Shown here piece after piece: positions 1 to 9,385 of a DNA stretch of 64,000 nucleotides (positions are counted from its first letter, which is position 1; each line of letters opens with the position of its first letter). The DNA lies in contig JBFFED010000001.1 in the NCBI GenBank assembly GCA_041559015.1, positions 2,361 through 66,360 of the forward strand, written 5' to 3'. A program made the position numbers and the translations under genes. The notes beneath the pieces are model-generated. The model did no database searches. It was given only the letters and a program-made list of their open reading frames with translations, and was not told where the DNA came from. This DNA comes from Thermoplasmata archaeon. GTDB lineage: Archaea > Thermoplasmatota > Thermoplasmata > UBA10834.

Positions 1-1
1 G

Positions 2-1198
2 ATGACGGACCTGGACGGCATCATAGCATATGCCTTCAAGTTGTCCCCCGATGCTGCGATTGGAGCATACTCGGTAGAAGTGACGGTTTCGAAGGTCGGC
101 TCGTCGACTGTCGCCGCAACAGTCTTCTATGTCAACGCGTGGGGATCCCTCTCGACCAGGTTCGACAAGGACTACTACATATCCGGCGAAACGATGTTCA
201 TAACCTACGAGGCCTACTGGCAGGGCATGCAGGTGTACCTCGACTCGATGATGGTGACAGTGGAGACCGACTGGGGCCTCCTCTCGATAGGGAACACCAG
301 CACGATGGCCTTCACCGCGGAACTCCCGACCGACTATGTCGGTGATGTGTGGGTATACGCGACGGGATATTACGGGGACGTTGTCTTCAACGCGTTTGCC
401 ATGACCGAAGTCAAAGGCGTCGGCATAGTGGTACTCCCGAACAAGGAAACTTTCGAGCCGGGCGACACGCTGACCTTCACGTGGAACGTGATAGGGCCGG
501 TCTCGAACGGCACACTGAACTACATATTGTACAGCGACAGTGTGTATATAGAGAGCGCGTCCCCCGCGTTCGCCTTGACAGGAACTGTGACCTTCGATGT
601 GCCCCTGATAGACCCCGAGGACTACTACGGTGTATGGATATCGTTGCTTACGGACACTGGGTCCTACTCAGAGGACTCTGCGTCGGCTAACATAGCTGAC
701 GACGGTCAGCTGAGCATCTGGGTCGAGAAGTCGAAGTACGCGGACGGGTCCTTCAAGCCCGGCCAGACCGTGAAGATACAGTACGAGATCTTCAACTTCT
801 GGACGGCCCCGCTGCCCATGTACGTGCTGGTCGTGAGCTGCGACTATGACCCGACAGAGGTCAACATCTTCGTCACCGAGGCAAGCGGCGTCGTGGAGTA
901 CACGTTGCCGGCAGATCTGTCGACAGGCATGTTGGAGATCGATGTAGAGCTCTTGGATCCGACCGACATGAGCAACCTCTCGGACGACTCGACGACGGTC
1001 ATGGTCAACAACCGGCTGAGCGCCTGGGACACGAGCATCGGAGGCTTGGCCGCGAGCGACTTCCTGATAATGCTGCTGATCGTCGTGATGATCATCGTGT
1101 TGATCGTCATGCCCTTCATCAAGGGAAGGCAGCCGAAGACGGAAGCGCCGGTGGTCGAGGAGCCCTTGCCCCCGCCCGCGGAGCCGCCGAAGACCTAG
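2..1198 (+). CDS. Cell-surface (S-layer-like) protein, 5'-truncated at the window edge, with a C-terminal TM anchor and Pro-rich tail
   Basis: Long ORF running off the window start. Beta-rich Thr/Ser/Val/Tyr-rich repeat-like sequence. C-terminal hydrophobic stretch LIMLLIVVMIIVLIVMPFI followed by the charged tail KGRQPKTEAPVVEEPLPPPAEPPKT. Confidence 0.5.
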   Translation: MTDLDGIIAYAFKLSPDAAIGAYSVEVTVSKVGSSTVAATVFYVNAWGSLSTRFDKDYYISGETMFITYEAYWQGMQVYLDSMMVTVETDWGLLSIGNTSTMAFTAELPTDYVGDVWVYATGYYGDVVFNAFAMTEVKGVGIVVLPNKETFEPGDTLTFTWNVIGPVSNGTLNYILYSDSVYIESASPAFALTGTVTFDVPLIDPEDYYGVWISLLTDTGSYSEDSASANIADDGQLSIWVEKSKYADGSFKPGQTVKIQYEIFNFWTAPLPMYVLVVSCDYDPTEVNIFVTEASGVVEYTLPADLSTGMLEIDVELLDPTDMSNLSDDSTTVMVNNRLSAWDTSIGGLAASDFLIMLLIVVMIIVLIVMPFIKGRQPKTEAPVVEEPLPPPAEPPKT

Positions 1199-1307
1199 GC
1201 AGCCAAGGACCAGTAGGAGCGCGTCAAACCCCTTCCAGAGTTTCATTTTTCGTTTCCACTGACCAGCCCTGGAAAGACTTATACGCCCTGCGTCCAATCG
1301 GCTGGCG

Positions 1308-2609
1308 ATGCCCCGAGAGAAGGTCGCGGTTATCGGTCTAGGCTACGTGGGGATATCCCTGGCCGCGTTGCTCGCCAACAAGGGCTACGACGTGGTCGGG
1401 GTAGACATCTCACGGGACCGCGCGGAGACGGTCAACCGCGGTTCGCTCCCGCTCCAGGGCGACGAGCCCGGGCTCGAAGCCATGCTCGCGAGGGCGGTCA
1501 GGAAGGGCGATCTTGTCGCGGGGACCTCTTTCCATGCTCTCAGGGACCGGACGGTCATCTTCGTGTGCGTGGACACCCCGATCGACTCTGAGAGGCGCCC
1601 GGACCACTCGAGACTCGAGGCGGCTATCAAGAACGTCGCGAGGAACGTCAGGAAGGGCGCGCTCGTGGTCGTCGAGTCGACCATCGGCCCCGGGACCATG
1701 CTGGGGCTGGTGGCGAAGATCCTCGAACGGGAGAGCGGCCTGAAGGTCGGGAGGGACCTGAAGCTGGCCCACTGCCCCGAGAGAGTCATGCCTGGGAGGC
1801 TTCTGTACAACCTCACGCACTATGACCGGGTCATTGGCGGGCTCGACAAGGCGAGCCTGCGGAGGGCCTCGACGATATACTCGAATCTCACCAGGGGCAA
1901 GCTGCACCCCACGGACCTCACGACCGCGGAGGTCGTGAAGACGGCAGAGAACGCCTACAGGGATGTGCAGATCGCTTTCGCCAACGAGGTCGCGCTCATA
2001 TCCGAGAAGGTCGGTGTCGATGCGTTCGAGGTGCGTCGGCTCGTGAACACATGTCCCTTCAGGGACATGCACACGCCGGGCGCGGGCGTCGGAGGCCACT
2101 GTCTGCCGAAGGACCCGTGGCTGCTGGCGCACGGGGGCAGGGAGGCGGGCCCGAAGCTGATACCAGCGGCGAGGGCGATAAACGACTCGATGCCGTTCCA
2201 TGTGCTGGACCTCGCAGACTCCGCGCTGAAGGAGACGGGGCGGCGGCTGAAAGGATCCGTCGTCGCGGTGATGGGCGCGTCGTTCCTGCAGGACTCCGGC
2301 GACATGAGGAACTCACCGTCAGTACCGGTCGTAGCGTCACTCATGTCCGCAAGGGAACTGAGAGTCCACGACCCGTATGTGGAGGAGGTCGAGGGGCGGC
2401 CAGTTGAGATGGACATGAGGAAGGCCCTCGAGGGGGCCGATCTCGCGGTGTTCATGGTCGCGCACAAGGAGTATTCCCTGCTGACGCCGGCAGCCATCAA
2501 GAAGTTGATGCGCACGCCCGCGGTCGTCGACGGCAGGAACATCTTCTCGGCGGACAGGATGCGCAGGGCGGGGATCGTCTACAGGGGCGTGGGCAAGAGG
2601 CCTACCTGA
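1308..2609 (+). CDS. Nucleotide-sugar dehydrogenase (UDP-glucose/GDP-mannose dehydrogenase family; WbpA/WecC-like UDP-N-acetyl-hexosamine 6-dehydrogenase)
   Basis: N-terminal Rossmann motif VAVIGLGYVGISLA. Family-typical segments ...FVCVDTP..., GxGGHCLPKDP and a C-terminal UDP-binding domain. 433 aa fits the family. Confidence 0.85.
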   Translation: MPREKVAVIGLGYVGISLAALLANKGYDVVGVDISRDRAETVNRGSLPLQGDEPGLEAMLARAVRKGDLVAGTSFHALRDRTVIFVCVDTPIDSERRPDHSRLEAAIKNVARNVRKGALVVVESTIGPGTMLGLVAKILERESGLKVGRDLKLAHCPERVMPGRLLYNLTHYDRVIGGLDKASLRRASTIYSNLTRGKLHPTDLTTAEVVKTAENAYRDVQIAFANEVALISEKVGVDAFEVRRLVNTCPFRDMHTPGAGVGGHCLPKDPWLLAHGGREAGPKLIPAARAINDSMPFHVLDLADSALKETGRRLKGSVVAVMGASFLQDSGDMRNSPSVPVVASLMSARELRVHDPYVEEVEGRPVEMDMRKALEGADLAVFMVAHKEYSLLTPAAIKKLMRTPAVVDGRNIFSADRMRRAGIVYRGVGKRPT

Positions 2610-3495
2610 CAAGCTCCGAGAGGCCCTCTTCGAGTGACACCTTTGCCCTGAACCCGAGTGTCTCCTCCGACTTCCTCACGTCGCACAGACTGTCCTTGAT
2701 GTCCCCCACCCTTGGGGACGAGAAGAGTGGCTCCAGCTTCCTCCCAGATACCTGGATGGCCATCCTGGCCAGGTCGAGTATGCTCGTCGAGACGCCGCTG
2801 CCGCAGTTCAGGACCTGCCCTCCCAACCCGTCTTTGTCCAACACGAGCAAGATCATCTCCGCGACATCGCGCGCGTGTATGAAGTCCCTGGTCTGCCGGC
2901 CATCGCCCTCGATGATTGGCGGCAGGCCTGACCTGAGCCGGGACGCGAACTTCGTCATGACACCAGAATAGGGGCTCTGAGGGTCCGCCCTGATGGAGTA
3001 GAAGTTGAACGGCCTGACGGAGACGACCTCCATGTGGCTCATGTCCGCGTACGCGAGCACGTACTTCTCCCCCGCGAGCTTGCTGACACCGTAGTTGCTC
3101 ATCGGGTGTGTCGGGTGCTCCTCGTCTATCGGCACGTACTCCGGCCTGCCGAATACTGCCGCGCTGCTGACATAGACGAACTTGCCCACGCCGGCCTTGG
3201 CGCTCTCGTGGAGCACGTTGACCGTTCCGAGGACGTTGACGCTCGCGTCCGTGAGCGGGTCCTGGACGGACATGTCGACGCTCACCTGGGCCGCGCAGTG
3301 CACAACCGCGTCGACCCGCGCAAGCACACTCCTGACGTCCGCAGGTCTCTGGATATCGCCAAGAACCGAGGAGGGCTTGAGGACTGCGTATGGCTGGGCC
3401 CTGATGTCTAACCCCACCACCTCGTGCCTCCTCATGAGCAACTCGCAGAGGTACGACCCGAGCTGACCCGAGCTGCCCGTAACCAGAACCCTCAT
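2602..3495 (-). CDS. NAD-dependent epimerase/dehydratase (SDR extended family, UDP-sugar 4-epimerase-like)
   Basis: MRVLVTGSSGQLGSYL glycine-rich NAD motif and YxxxK-containing SDR core. 297 aa. Convergent 8-nt overlap with the dehydrogenase. Confidence 0.8.
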   Translation of the reverse strand: MRVLVTGSSGQLGSYLCELLMRRHEVVGLDIRAQPYAVLKPSSVLGDIQRPADVRSVLARVDAVVHCAAQVSVDMSVQDPLTDASVNVLGTVNVLHESAKAGVGKFVYVSSAAVFGRPEYVPIDEEHPTHPMSNYGVSKLAGEKYVLAYADMSHMEVVSVRPFNFYSIRADPQSPYSGVMTKFASRLRSGLPPIIEGDGRQTRDFIHARDVAEMILLVLDKDGLGGQVLNCGSGVSTSILDLARMAIQVSGRKLEPLFSSPRVGDIKDSLCDVRKSEETLGFRAKVSLEEGLSELVR

Positions 3496-3500
3496 CGGAC

Positions 3501-4478
3501 CTACTCCACCTGCATCTTCTTGCCGCTCTTCATCGATTCCAGGGCGGCCTCCGCGATCCTGAGCGTCCTCATGGCGCTCTCGCCTGTCACCAGGGGAGCC
3601 TTCCCATCCTTGATCGCCGCGATGAAGTCGTCCAGCTCGCGCTTGAGCGGCTCCTCCTTCTTCAGGGCGGTTCTGTGGACGTCAAACTCAAGGGGGACGT
3701 TGAACAGGTTGCTGCTGTCCAGCTGCCTGAAGGACGAAGCGCATACCAGGGCCGCCTGATCCATGTAGTCGACCTCGACGAAGTTCTGGCTGCATGTCAG
3801 CGCGAGCTTCCTGACCTTCATTGGCGTAAGCCAGTTCACCTCCACGTAGCCGGTGGCGCCGCCCTCGAAATCTATGAGCATGTTCGCGTGGTCCTCGTAC
3901 TTGATGCCTTTGCCCTGGCCGCCCAGGGTGTAGACTGACTTGGCCTTCGCGCCTATGATGTACTGAATGACGTCGATGTCGTGCACCCCGAGGTCCATGA
4001 TGACCCCAACGTCCCGGACCCTTGATGGCAGGGAGGAGACACGCCTTGTGCCAGCAGTTATCAGCTCGCCCCACTGGCCGCTCTGGAGGCCCTGTTTGGC
4101 GAAGGAAACCACTGGGTTGAACCTCTCGGTGAACCCACCGGCGAGGACGACATTGGCCTTGCGGGCCGACTCGACCAGCCCCTGGAGGACTCTCGAACTG
4201 CCCGTCATCGGCTTCTCGAGCAGCACGTGCTTGCCCGCCCTGATTGCCTCCGATGCGATCTTCTCATGGGTGGAGGTCGGCGTGACCACCACGACGGCCT
4301 CGACATCGCTCTTGAGCATGTCCTGGTAGCTGAGGTACCACTTGACACCATGCTTCTCGCCGACCGCCTGTGCGACCTCGGGCACGATGTCCACCACCCC
4401 CGCGAGCATGTCTCTCTCGGAGAGTATCCTCGCATGGTTCTGGCCCATGAGCCCGACGCCTATGACACCCACGCGCAT
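3501..4478 (-). CDS. Gfo/Idh/MocA-family NAD(P)-dependent oxidoreductase (WbpB-like sugar 3-dehydrogenase candidate)
   Basis: The track ORF runs to 4697 with a TTG start. The Rossmann motif MRVGVIGVGLMGQNHARIL begins at an internal ATG around 4478. The EKP motif (LLEKPMT) is present. The upstream 70 codons are low-complexity and overlap a convincing small ORF on the other strand. Confidence 0.8.
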   Translation of the reverse strand: MRVGVIGVGLMGQNHARILSERDMLAGVVDIVPEVAQAVGEKHGVKWYLSYQDMLKSDVEAVVVVTPTSTHEKIASEAIRAGKHVLLEKPMTGSSRVLQGLVESARKANVVLAGGFTERFNPVVSFAKQGLQSGQWGELITAGTRRVSSLPSRVRDVGVIMDLGVHDIDVIQYIIGAKAKSVYTLGGQGKGIKYEDHANMLIDFEGGATGYVEVNWLTPMKVRKLALTCSQNFVEVDYMDQAALVCASSFRQLDSSNLFNVPLEFDVHRTALKKEEPLKRELDDFIAAIKDGKAPLVTGESAMRTLRIAEAALESMKSGKKMQVE

Positions 4479-4587
4479 GCGCTCGCAATGAGAGTATCCC
4501 GTAATAAGCGTTCCTTCAGCTTGCGTGAAAGGCTTAATACCGCCCCCGGACATGCCTTGTCTGGTGGACTGATTGAAGAGGAATCTG

Positions 4588-4752
4588 ATGGACATTCTAG
4601 CATGCCCTGTCTGCAAGAGCCACCCGCTCGAGCTGACGGTCAAGAAAGAGGATGAGAAGGAGATCCTCGAGGGGACGCTCAGGTGCGCCAAGTGCAATGT
4701 CGATTACCCGATAGAGGACGGCATACCCAATATGCTCCCTCCGGAGAAGTAG
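4588..4752 (+). CDS. Trm112-like small zinc-ribbon protein (methyltransferase activator family, 54 aa)
   Basis: Not in the ORF track (below its length cutoff). Translation by hand gives MDILACPVCKSHPLELTVKKEDEKEILEGTLRCAKCNVDYPIEDGIPNMLPPEK. The CPxC...CxxC pattern and the YPIxDGIPxML ending are the Trm112/DUF343 signature. Confidence 0.5.
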   Translation: MDILACPVCKSHPLELTVKKEDEKEILEGTLRCAKCNVDYPIEDGIPNMLPPEK

Positions 4753-4915
4753 CTTTCCAGGGTTCTCTCGCACGGCCTGGCAGCCCACAGCGCACATATA
4801 TACCCCGAACGAAGCACACAATAGTACGTTGCCAGGCACCGTGTGCAACACATTGATATCCAACTTGCCCCGTTCCGAATCCGCCGGCCATCAGACCGGC
4901 AACATGGTGAGCCAG

Positions 4916-6484
4916 ATGAAGGTGCTCGTCGCAGACGAGATATCGAAGACAGGCGTGGAGATGCTCAAGGCGCAGGGCTACTCCGTCGATGTGCGGACAG
5001 GTCAGAAGGAGGACGACCTGGTCAAGATCATTGGAGGCTACGACGTCCTCCTCGTCAGGAGCGCGACCAAGGCCACCAGGAAGGTCATCGAGGCCGGTAG
5101 ACTGAAGGTCATCGGGCGAGCCGGCATAGGCGTGGACAACATCGACGTCGAAGCCGCGACCGAGCGCGGCGTCCTGGTCATGAACGCGCCCTCGGGGAAC
5201 GTCATATCCACGGCCGAGCTCACCATAGGACTCATGTTCTCGTTGGCGCGGAAGATACCCCAGGCGGACGCATCCACTAAGAAGGGCGAGTGGAAGCGCA
5301 AGGAGATGAAGGGCGCGCAGATCCAAGGGAAGACCCTGGGTATCGTTGGCCTGGGAAGGGTGGGTGCGGAGGTGGCAAGGAGAGCGGCCGCACTGGGCAT
5401 GACCGTGGTCGCTTACGACCCACTCGTGTCCCCCGAGGTGGGCACGAGGCTCCATGTCAGGCTCCTGCCGCTCGACAGGCTTCTGGTCGACGCCGACATC
5501 GTGACCGTCCACACGCCCCTCACGCCGCAGACAAAGGACCTCATAGGCAAGGCCGAGTTCGCCAAGATGAAGAAGAATGCCCTCTTAATCAACTGCGCCA
5601 GGGGAGGCGTCGTGAACGAGGAGGACCTCCACGAGGCTCTGGCCGAGAAAAGGATCGCAGGTGCGGCCCTCGATGTGTTCATGAACGAGCCACCTTCGGG
5701 CTCGAAGTTGCTCACGCTCCAGAACGTCATCCTGACGCCGCACCTGGGCGCTACCACGATGGAGGCGCAGGAGGAGGTAGGGTCAGAGATAGCGGAGCAG
5801 GTCATAGCGTACCTCGAGGAGAACGTCATACGGAACGCCGTCAACCTCCCAGCGAAGTTGGATCCCGAGATTGTCCCGTACATGCCGCTGGCGGAGAAGC
5901 TGGGGACGATGGCCTGCCAGCTCGGGATGTGCAGCGCGTCAAGGATGGAAGTCTCCTGCAGAGGGGAGCTGGCGCAGAAGGACACGCGCATAATCGTGGC
6001 GTGTGCGGTCACTGGCCTCCTGAAGCCCTTGGCCGAGGAGTTCAACGTCAACTACATCAACGCCGTTGCCATCGCCAAGTCGAGGGGCATCGAGGTCGTC
6101 TCGTCGACCACCGAGGAGTCGGGCAGGTACAAGAACCTGATAAGCGTGGAGCTGCGGGCGAACGGGTCAACGGTCTCGGTCGTCGGATCGCTCATGCCGG
6201 ACAAGGTGGCGAAGATAGTCGAGATAGACGGCAACTCAGTGGACTTCGAGCCTGAAGGAAACTTCCTTCTGATAGGCCACTCGGACATGCCAGGCATGAT
6301 CGGCAAGGTGGGGACGGTCCTCGGGGACAACGACATCAACATAGCTGGCATGGAGGTCGCGAGAAAGGCCTCCAGAGGTCCGGCGATGATGATCCTGACC
6401 CTGGATGATGAGCTCCCCGGCTCAGTCCTGGCGAAGGTCCGGGAGATACCGAACCTGAAGTCCGCGACATCGATCAGGCTCTGA
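4916..6484 (+). CDS. serA: D-3-phosphoglycerate dehydrogenase (2-hydroxyacid dehydrogenase with C-terminal ASB/ACT regulatory domain)
   Basis: MKVLVADEIS... N-terminus. GxGxxG nucleotide motif GIVGLGRVGAEVA. Catalytic-region motifs (…NCARGGVVNE…). Length of about 520 aa with a C-terminal ACT-like tail. Start placed at an internal ATG (the track ORF starts at 4829). Confidence 0.9.
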   Translation: MKVLVADEISKTGVEMLKAQGYSVDVRTGQKEDDLVKIIGGYDVLLVRSATKATRKVIEAGRLKVIGRAGIGVDNIDVEAATERGVLVMNAPSGNVISTAELTIGLMFSLARKIPQADASTKKGEWKRKEMKGAQIQGKTLGIVGLGRVGAEVARRAAALGMTVVAYDPLVSPEVGTRLHVRLLPLDRLLVDADIVTVHTPLTPQTKDLIGKAEFAKMKKNALLINCARGGVVNEEDLHEALAEKRIAGAALDVFMNEPPSGSKLLTLQNVILTPHLGATTMEAQEEVGSEIAEQVIAYLEENVIRNAVNLPAKLDPEIVPYMPLAEKLGTMACQLGMCSASRMEVSCRGELAQKDTRIIVACAVTGLLKPLAEEFNVNYINAVAIAKSRGIEVVSSTTEESGRYKNLISVELRANGSTVSVVGSLMPDKVAKIVEIDGNSVDFEPEGNFLLIGHSDMPGMIGKVGTVLGDNDINIAGMEVARKASRGPAMMILTLDDELPGSVLAKVREIPNLKSATSIRL

Positions 6485-6595
6485 GCGCGCCTGCGTCATG
6501 TTTATTCTTGCGCAGACGATACACGGGGCGGAGTTGGACGCATTCCGAGCATCCGGATAGAGATTCGGGACGCCACCGAGGACGACCTCCCGTCC

Positions 6596-7081
6596 GTGGT
6601 CAAGCTATGGGAGATGCTGGCGAAGCACCACGAGGGCGTCTCAGAGCACTTCCGGCTGGCCTGGGACAGCAAGAGGAACTGGGCCAAGTACCTCGACCAG
6701 AAGTTCTCTGAGGTCAGTACCAAGCTGATCGTGGCCGAGGAGGACGGGGAGATAGTGGGGTTCATGCTCTGCTTGTTGTCCCCCAACGCCCCGATATTCA
6801 AGGAGAGGAAGATAGGCGTCATATCGGATGTGTTCGTGCTCGAGGAGCGACGCAGGAAGGGTGTCACCCGCAAGATGCTGGACGTGGGCATCAGGTGGTT
6901 CAGGAAGAATAAGGTGAGGTTCGTGCAGCTTGGCGTGGCGCATCACAACATGGATGCGAGGGCGGCCTGGAGGAACCTCGGATTCGAGCCGTACATGATC
7001 CATAAGCGGCTCGACCTGGACAGGGATGACAGGCGTGAGAAGGTCAAGAGAATAGTGACCAGGAAGAAGGTCCGCGGATGA
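6596..7081 (+). CDS. GNAT-family N-acetyltransferase (start probably upstream, non-canonical)
   Basis: GNAT motifs (…GFMLCLLS…, RRRKGVTRKML, acetyl-CoA pocket). In-frame upstream sequence encodes IPSIRIEIRDATEDDLPS, the expected GNAT beta1/alpha1, with no ATG/GTG/TTG before the GTG at 6596. An ATT at about 6542 is preceded by a GGAG-like SD. Confidence 0.7.
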   Translation: MVKLWEMLAKHHEGVSEHFRLAWDSKRNWAKYLDQKFSEVSTKLIVAEEDGEIVGFMLCLLSPNAPIFKERKIGVISDVFVLEERRRKGVTRKMLDVGIRWFRKNKVRFVQLGVAHHNMDARAAWRNLGFEPYMIHKRLDLDRDDRREKVKRIVTRKKVRG

Positions 7082-7099
7082 CGCCTGACGGTACTTGGC

Positions 7100-8251
7100 T
7101 CAGGCCAGGACCCTCTTGATCCGTTCCATGCCTTCCTGGATGTTCTTCTTGTCGGTCGCATACGATATGCGTATGTGCTGCTCGCCCGCCTTGCCGAACG
7201 CCGCGCCACCCGTGACCGCGACCTCGGCCTTGTCCATGAGGTGCAGCGCGAACTTCTCAGAGCCCATCTCGGCTTCGTACCTCGGGAAGACATAGAAGGC
7301 GCCCTTGGGCCTGTCGCAGTGAAGGCTCGGGATGTCCTTCATCAGATCCATGATCAGGTCCCTGCGCTCCTGGAACTCCCTGACCATCTCCTTGACCGGC
7401 TCCTTGGGCCCTGTCATCGCCGCAAGCCCCCCGTACTGGGCGAAAGAGGTGGCGTGGGTGATCGAGTGCTGCTGCACCTTGTTGATGCCCGCGAATATCG
7501 GTTTCGGGGCGAGCAACCATCCGAGCCTCCAGCCGGTCATCGCGTAGGTCTTGCTGAAACCGCTTATGGTGATGGTACGCTCCATCATGCCGGGCTCGGC
7601 CGCCATTGAATGGTGCTTCAGGCCGTCGAATATGATCTTCTCGTACACCTCGTCCGCGAGCACCACGAGGTCGTGGTCCTTCGCGAGGTCAGCGATGCCC
7701 TTGATGTCGTCGTGCGTCTCGACAGCGCCGCACGGGTTCGAAGGGGAGTTGTAGAGTATCATCTTGGTCTTCGGGGTGATGAGCTCGGCCACAGCATCCG
7801 GGGTCATCCTCCACTCGGACTCCTCGGTGGTCGTGCAGGGAACCGCCCTGCCGCCAGCCAGGACCACGCACGGCTCGTATGTCACCCATGACGGGTCGGG
7901 CATGATGACCTCCTCGCCCTCGTTGACCGTGGCCATGACCGACTCGAATATGGCGTGCTTGGTCGGGGCCACCAGGACGTTGGACGGTTCGCAGGGGATT
8001 CCGTTGGCCTCCTTGGCCTCCTTGGCTATGGCCTCCCTCAGCGCAGGCAACCCGGGCGCGTTCAGGTATCTCGTCTTGCCCTCGTCGAGAGCCTTCTTTG
8101 CGGCCTCGACTATGTGCCTAGGAGTGTCGAAGTCGGGCTCCCCGACCGTGAACGAGATGATCTTCTTTCCCTCGGCCTTCTTCTGCCCGGCCAGTTCCTT
8201 CATCCTCATCGTACCAGATTCTTGGACTTTCTTGACTCGTTCAGCGATCAT
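7100..8251 (-). CDS. Class I/II pyridoxal-phosphate aminotransferase (aspartate/aromatic aminotransferase family)
   Basis: N-terminus MIAERVKKVQESG. Motifs FTVGEPDFDTP, …NSPSNPCG…, …SGFSKTYAMTGWRLG… (PLP-lysine region). Internal ATG chosen (the track ORF starts at 8314). Confidence 0.85.
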   Translation of the reverse strand: MIAERVKKVQESGTMRMKELAGQKKAEGKKIISFTVGEPDFDTPRHIVEAAKKALDEGKTRYLNAPGLPALREAIAKEAKEANGIPCEPSNVLVAPTKHAIFESVMATVNEGEEVIMPDPSWVTYEPCVVLAGGRAVPCTTTEESEWRMTPDAVAELITPKTKMILYNSPSNPCGAVETHDDIKGIADLAKDHDLVVLADEVYEKIIFDGLKHHSMAAEPGMMERTITISGFSKTYAMTGWRLGWLLAPKPIFAGINKVQQHSITHATSFAQYGGLAAMTGPKEPVKEMVREFQERRDLIMDLMKDIPSLHCDRPKGAFYVFPRYEAEMGSEKFALHLMDKAEVAVTGGAAFGKAGEQHIRISYATDKKNIQEGMERIKRVLA

Positions 8252-8377
8252 CGTGTTCACCCCACCCGTGAAGTGCGCGAGCAATATAAAGCATTGGTGT
8301 CCAACTATTGGCATGGCGCTGGGAGGCCACCACTCGCATCAAAACGATATTATGCGGAGATTGCTTTCGATTGCCCA

Positions 8378-9385
8378 ATGGCCCTCAGGACAGGCAAGCT
8401 ACCACAGGAGATTCTCAGAAGGCTGCTCAGACACAGGGGCGCGGAGGACAACTCGGTCGTCCTCGGGCCGGCTGTCGGCGAGGACGCGGCGGTCGTGAGA
8501 CTGGGCAAGGAACTCCTCGTCTTGAAGACCGACCCAGTGACCTATGCGACCGACATGATCGGGTGGTACGCGGTGCACGTCAACGCCAACGATGTAGCGA
8601 CCAGAGGGGCGAGGCCCGCCTGGTTCCAGGCGGTGATATTGCTCCCCCCGGGCTCCGAGGAGGCGCTTGCGGAGAGCATATTCAAGCAGATATCCCAGGC
8701 GGCCAGAACCCTGGGGATCGCAGTTACCGGCGGACACACCGAGGTCACCCCGGGGATCGACCGGCCCATCGTCGTCGGCGATATGCACGGCCTGCTGGGC
8801 AGGCGCAAGCCCGTGACCACCTCTGGGGCAAGGGCCGGTGACTCTCTCGTGATGACCAAGAGCGCCGGCATAGAAGGCACGGCTGCAATCGCGCGTGAGA
8901 GAAGGGAGGAGCTGCTGAGAGCCTTCGACCCCAAGATGGTCGAGAAGGCGTCGAAGTACCTGTTCAAGCCCGGCCTGTCCGTGGTCCGGGAGGCGCACGC
9001 CGCGCTCGAATTCGGTGTGAGCGCGATGCACGACCCGACCGAGGGCGGAGTGGCCATGGGGGTGTTCGAGATGGCAGCTGCGTCGAGGAAATCCTTCAAG
9101 CTCTATCCGGAGAAGGTCGTCGTTGGCAGGGAGACCTCGATGATATGCGAGAAGTACGGGCTCGATCCGCTCGGCCTGTTGGGTTCGGGAGCGCTCCTTG
9201 CGACTTTCAGCCCGAAGGACGCTGAGGCCTACTTGAGGAAGGTCCGGGGCATGGGGATCAGCGCCGCGGTCGTTGGGAAGGTCATACCGGGCAAGGGCAG
9301 GTCAATGGCGGTCGCGGGCGACGGGACGGTCACTCCGCTTTCTTCTTCGGAGCGCGACGAGATCTTGAAGGTTTTAGGGCCTTGA
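8378..9385 (+). CDS. AIR-synthase-related protein (PurM superfamily, HypE-like, COG0309)
   Basis: Begins MALRTGKLPQEILRRLL. Segment ...VHVNANDVATRGARP...IAVTGGHTEV... resembles the HypE/PurM N- and C-domain cores. The ATG at 8378 is internal to the longer track ORF, whose 5' end overlaps the divergent aminotransferase. Confidence 0.75.
   Translation: MALRTGKLPQEILRRLLRHRGAEDNSVVLGPAVGEDAAVVRLGKELLVLKTDPVTYATDMIGWYAVHVNANDVATRGARPAWFQAVILLPPGSEEALAESIFKQISQAARTLGIAVTGGHTEVTPGIDRPIVVGDMHGLLGRRKPVTTSGARAGDSLVMTKSAGIEGTAAIARERREELLRAFDPKMVEKASKYLFKPGLSVVREAHAALEFGVSAMHDPTEGGVAMGVFEMAAASRKSFKLYPEKVVVGRETSMICEKYGLDPLGLLGSGALLATFSPKDAEAYLRKVRGMGISAAVVGKVIPGKGRSMAVAGDGTVTPLSSSERDEILKVLGP

Noticed and set aside
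668-1297. 209-aa minus-strand ORF, and the nested 844..1122 ORF, inside the surface-protein gene
   Set aside because: Antisense to a much longer coherent ORF. Arg/His-rich low-complexity translation typical of GC-rich non-coding frames.
4479-4697. N-terminal 73-codon extension of the Gfo/Idh/MocA ORF (TTG start)
   Set aside because: Rossmann motif begins at the internal ATG. The extension is low-complexity and overlaps a convincing Trm112-like ORF on the other strand.
5290-6255. 321-aa plus-strand ORF overlapping serA in another frame
   Set aside because: Gly/Arg-rich junk translation. serA in the alternate frame has clear family motifs.
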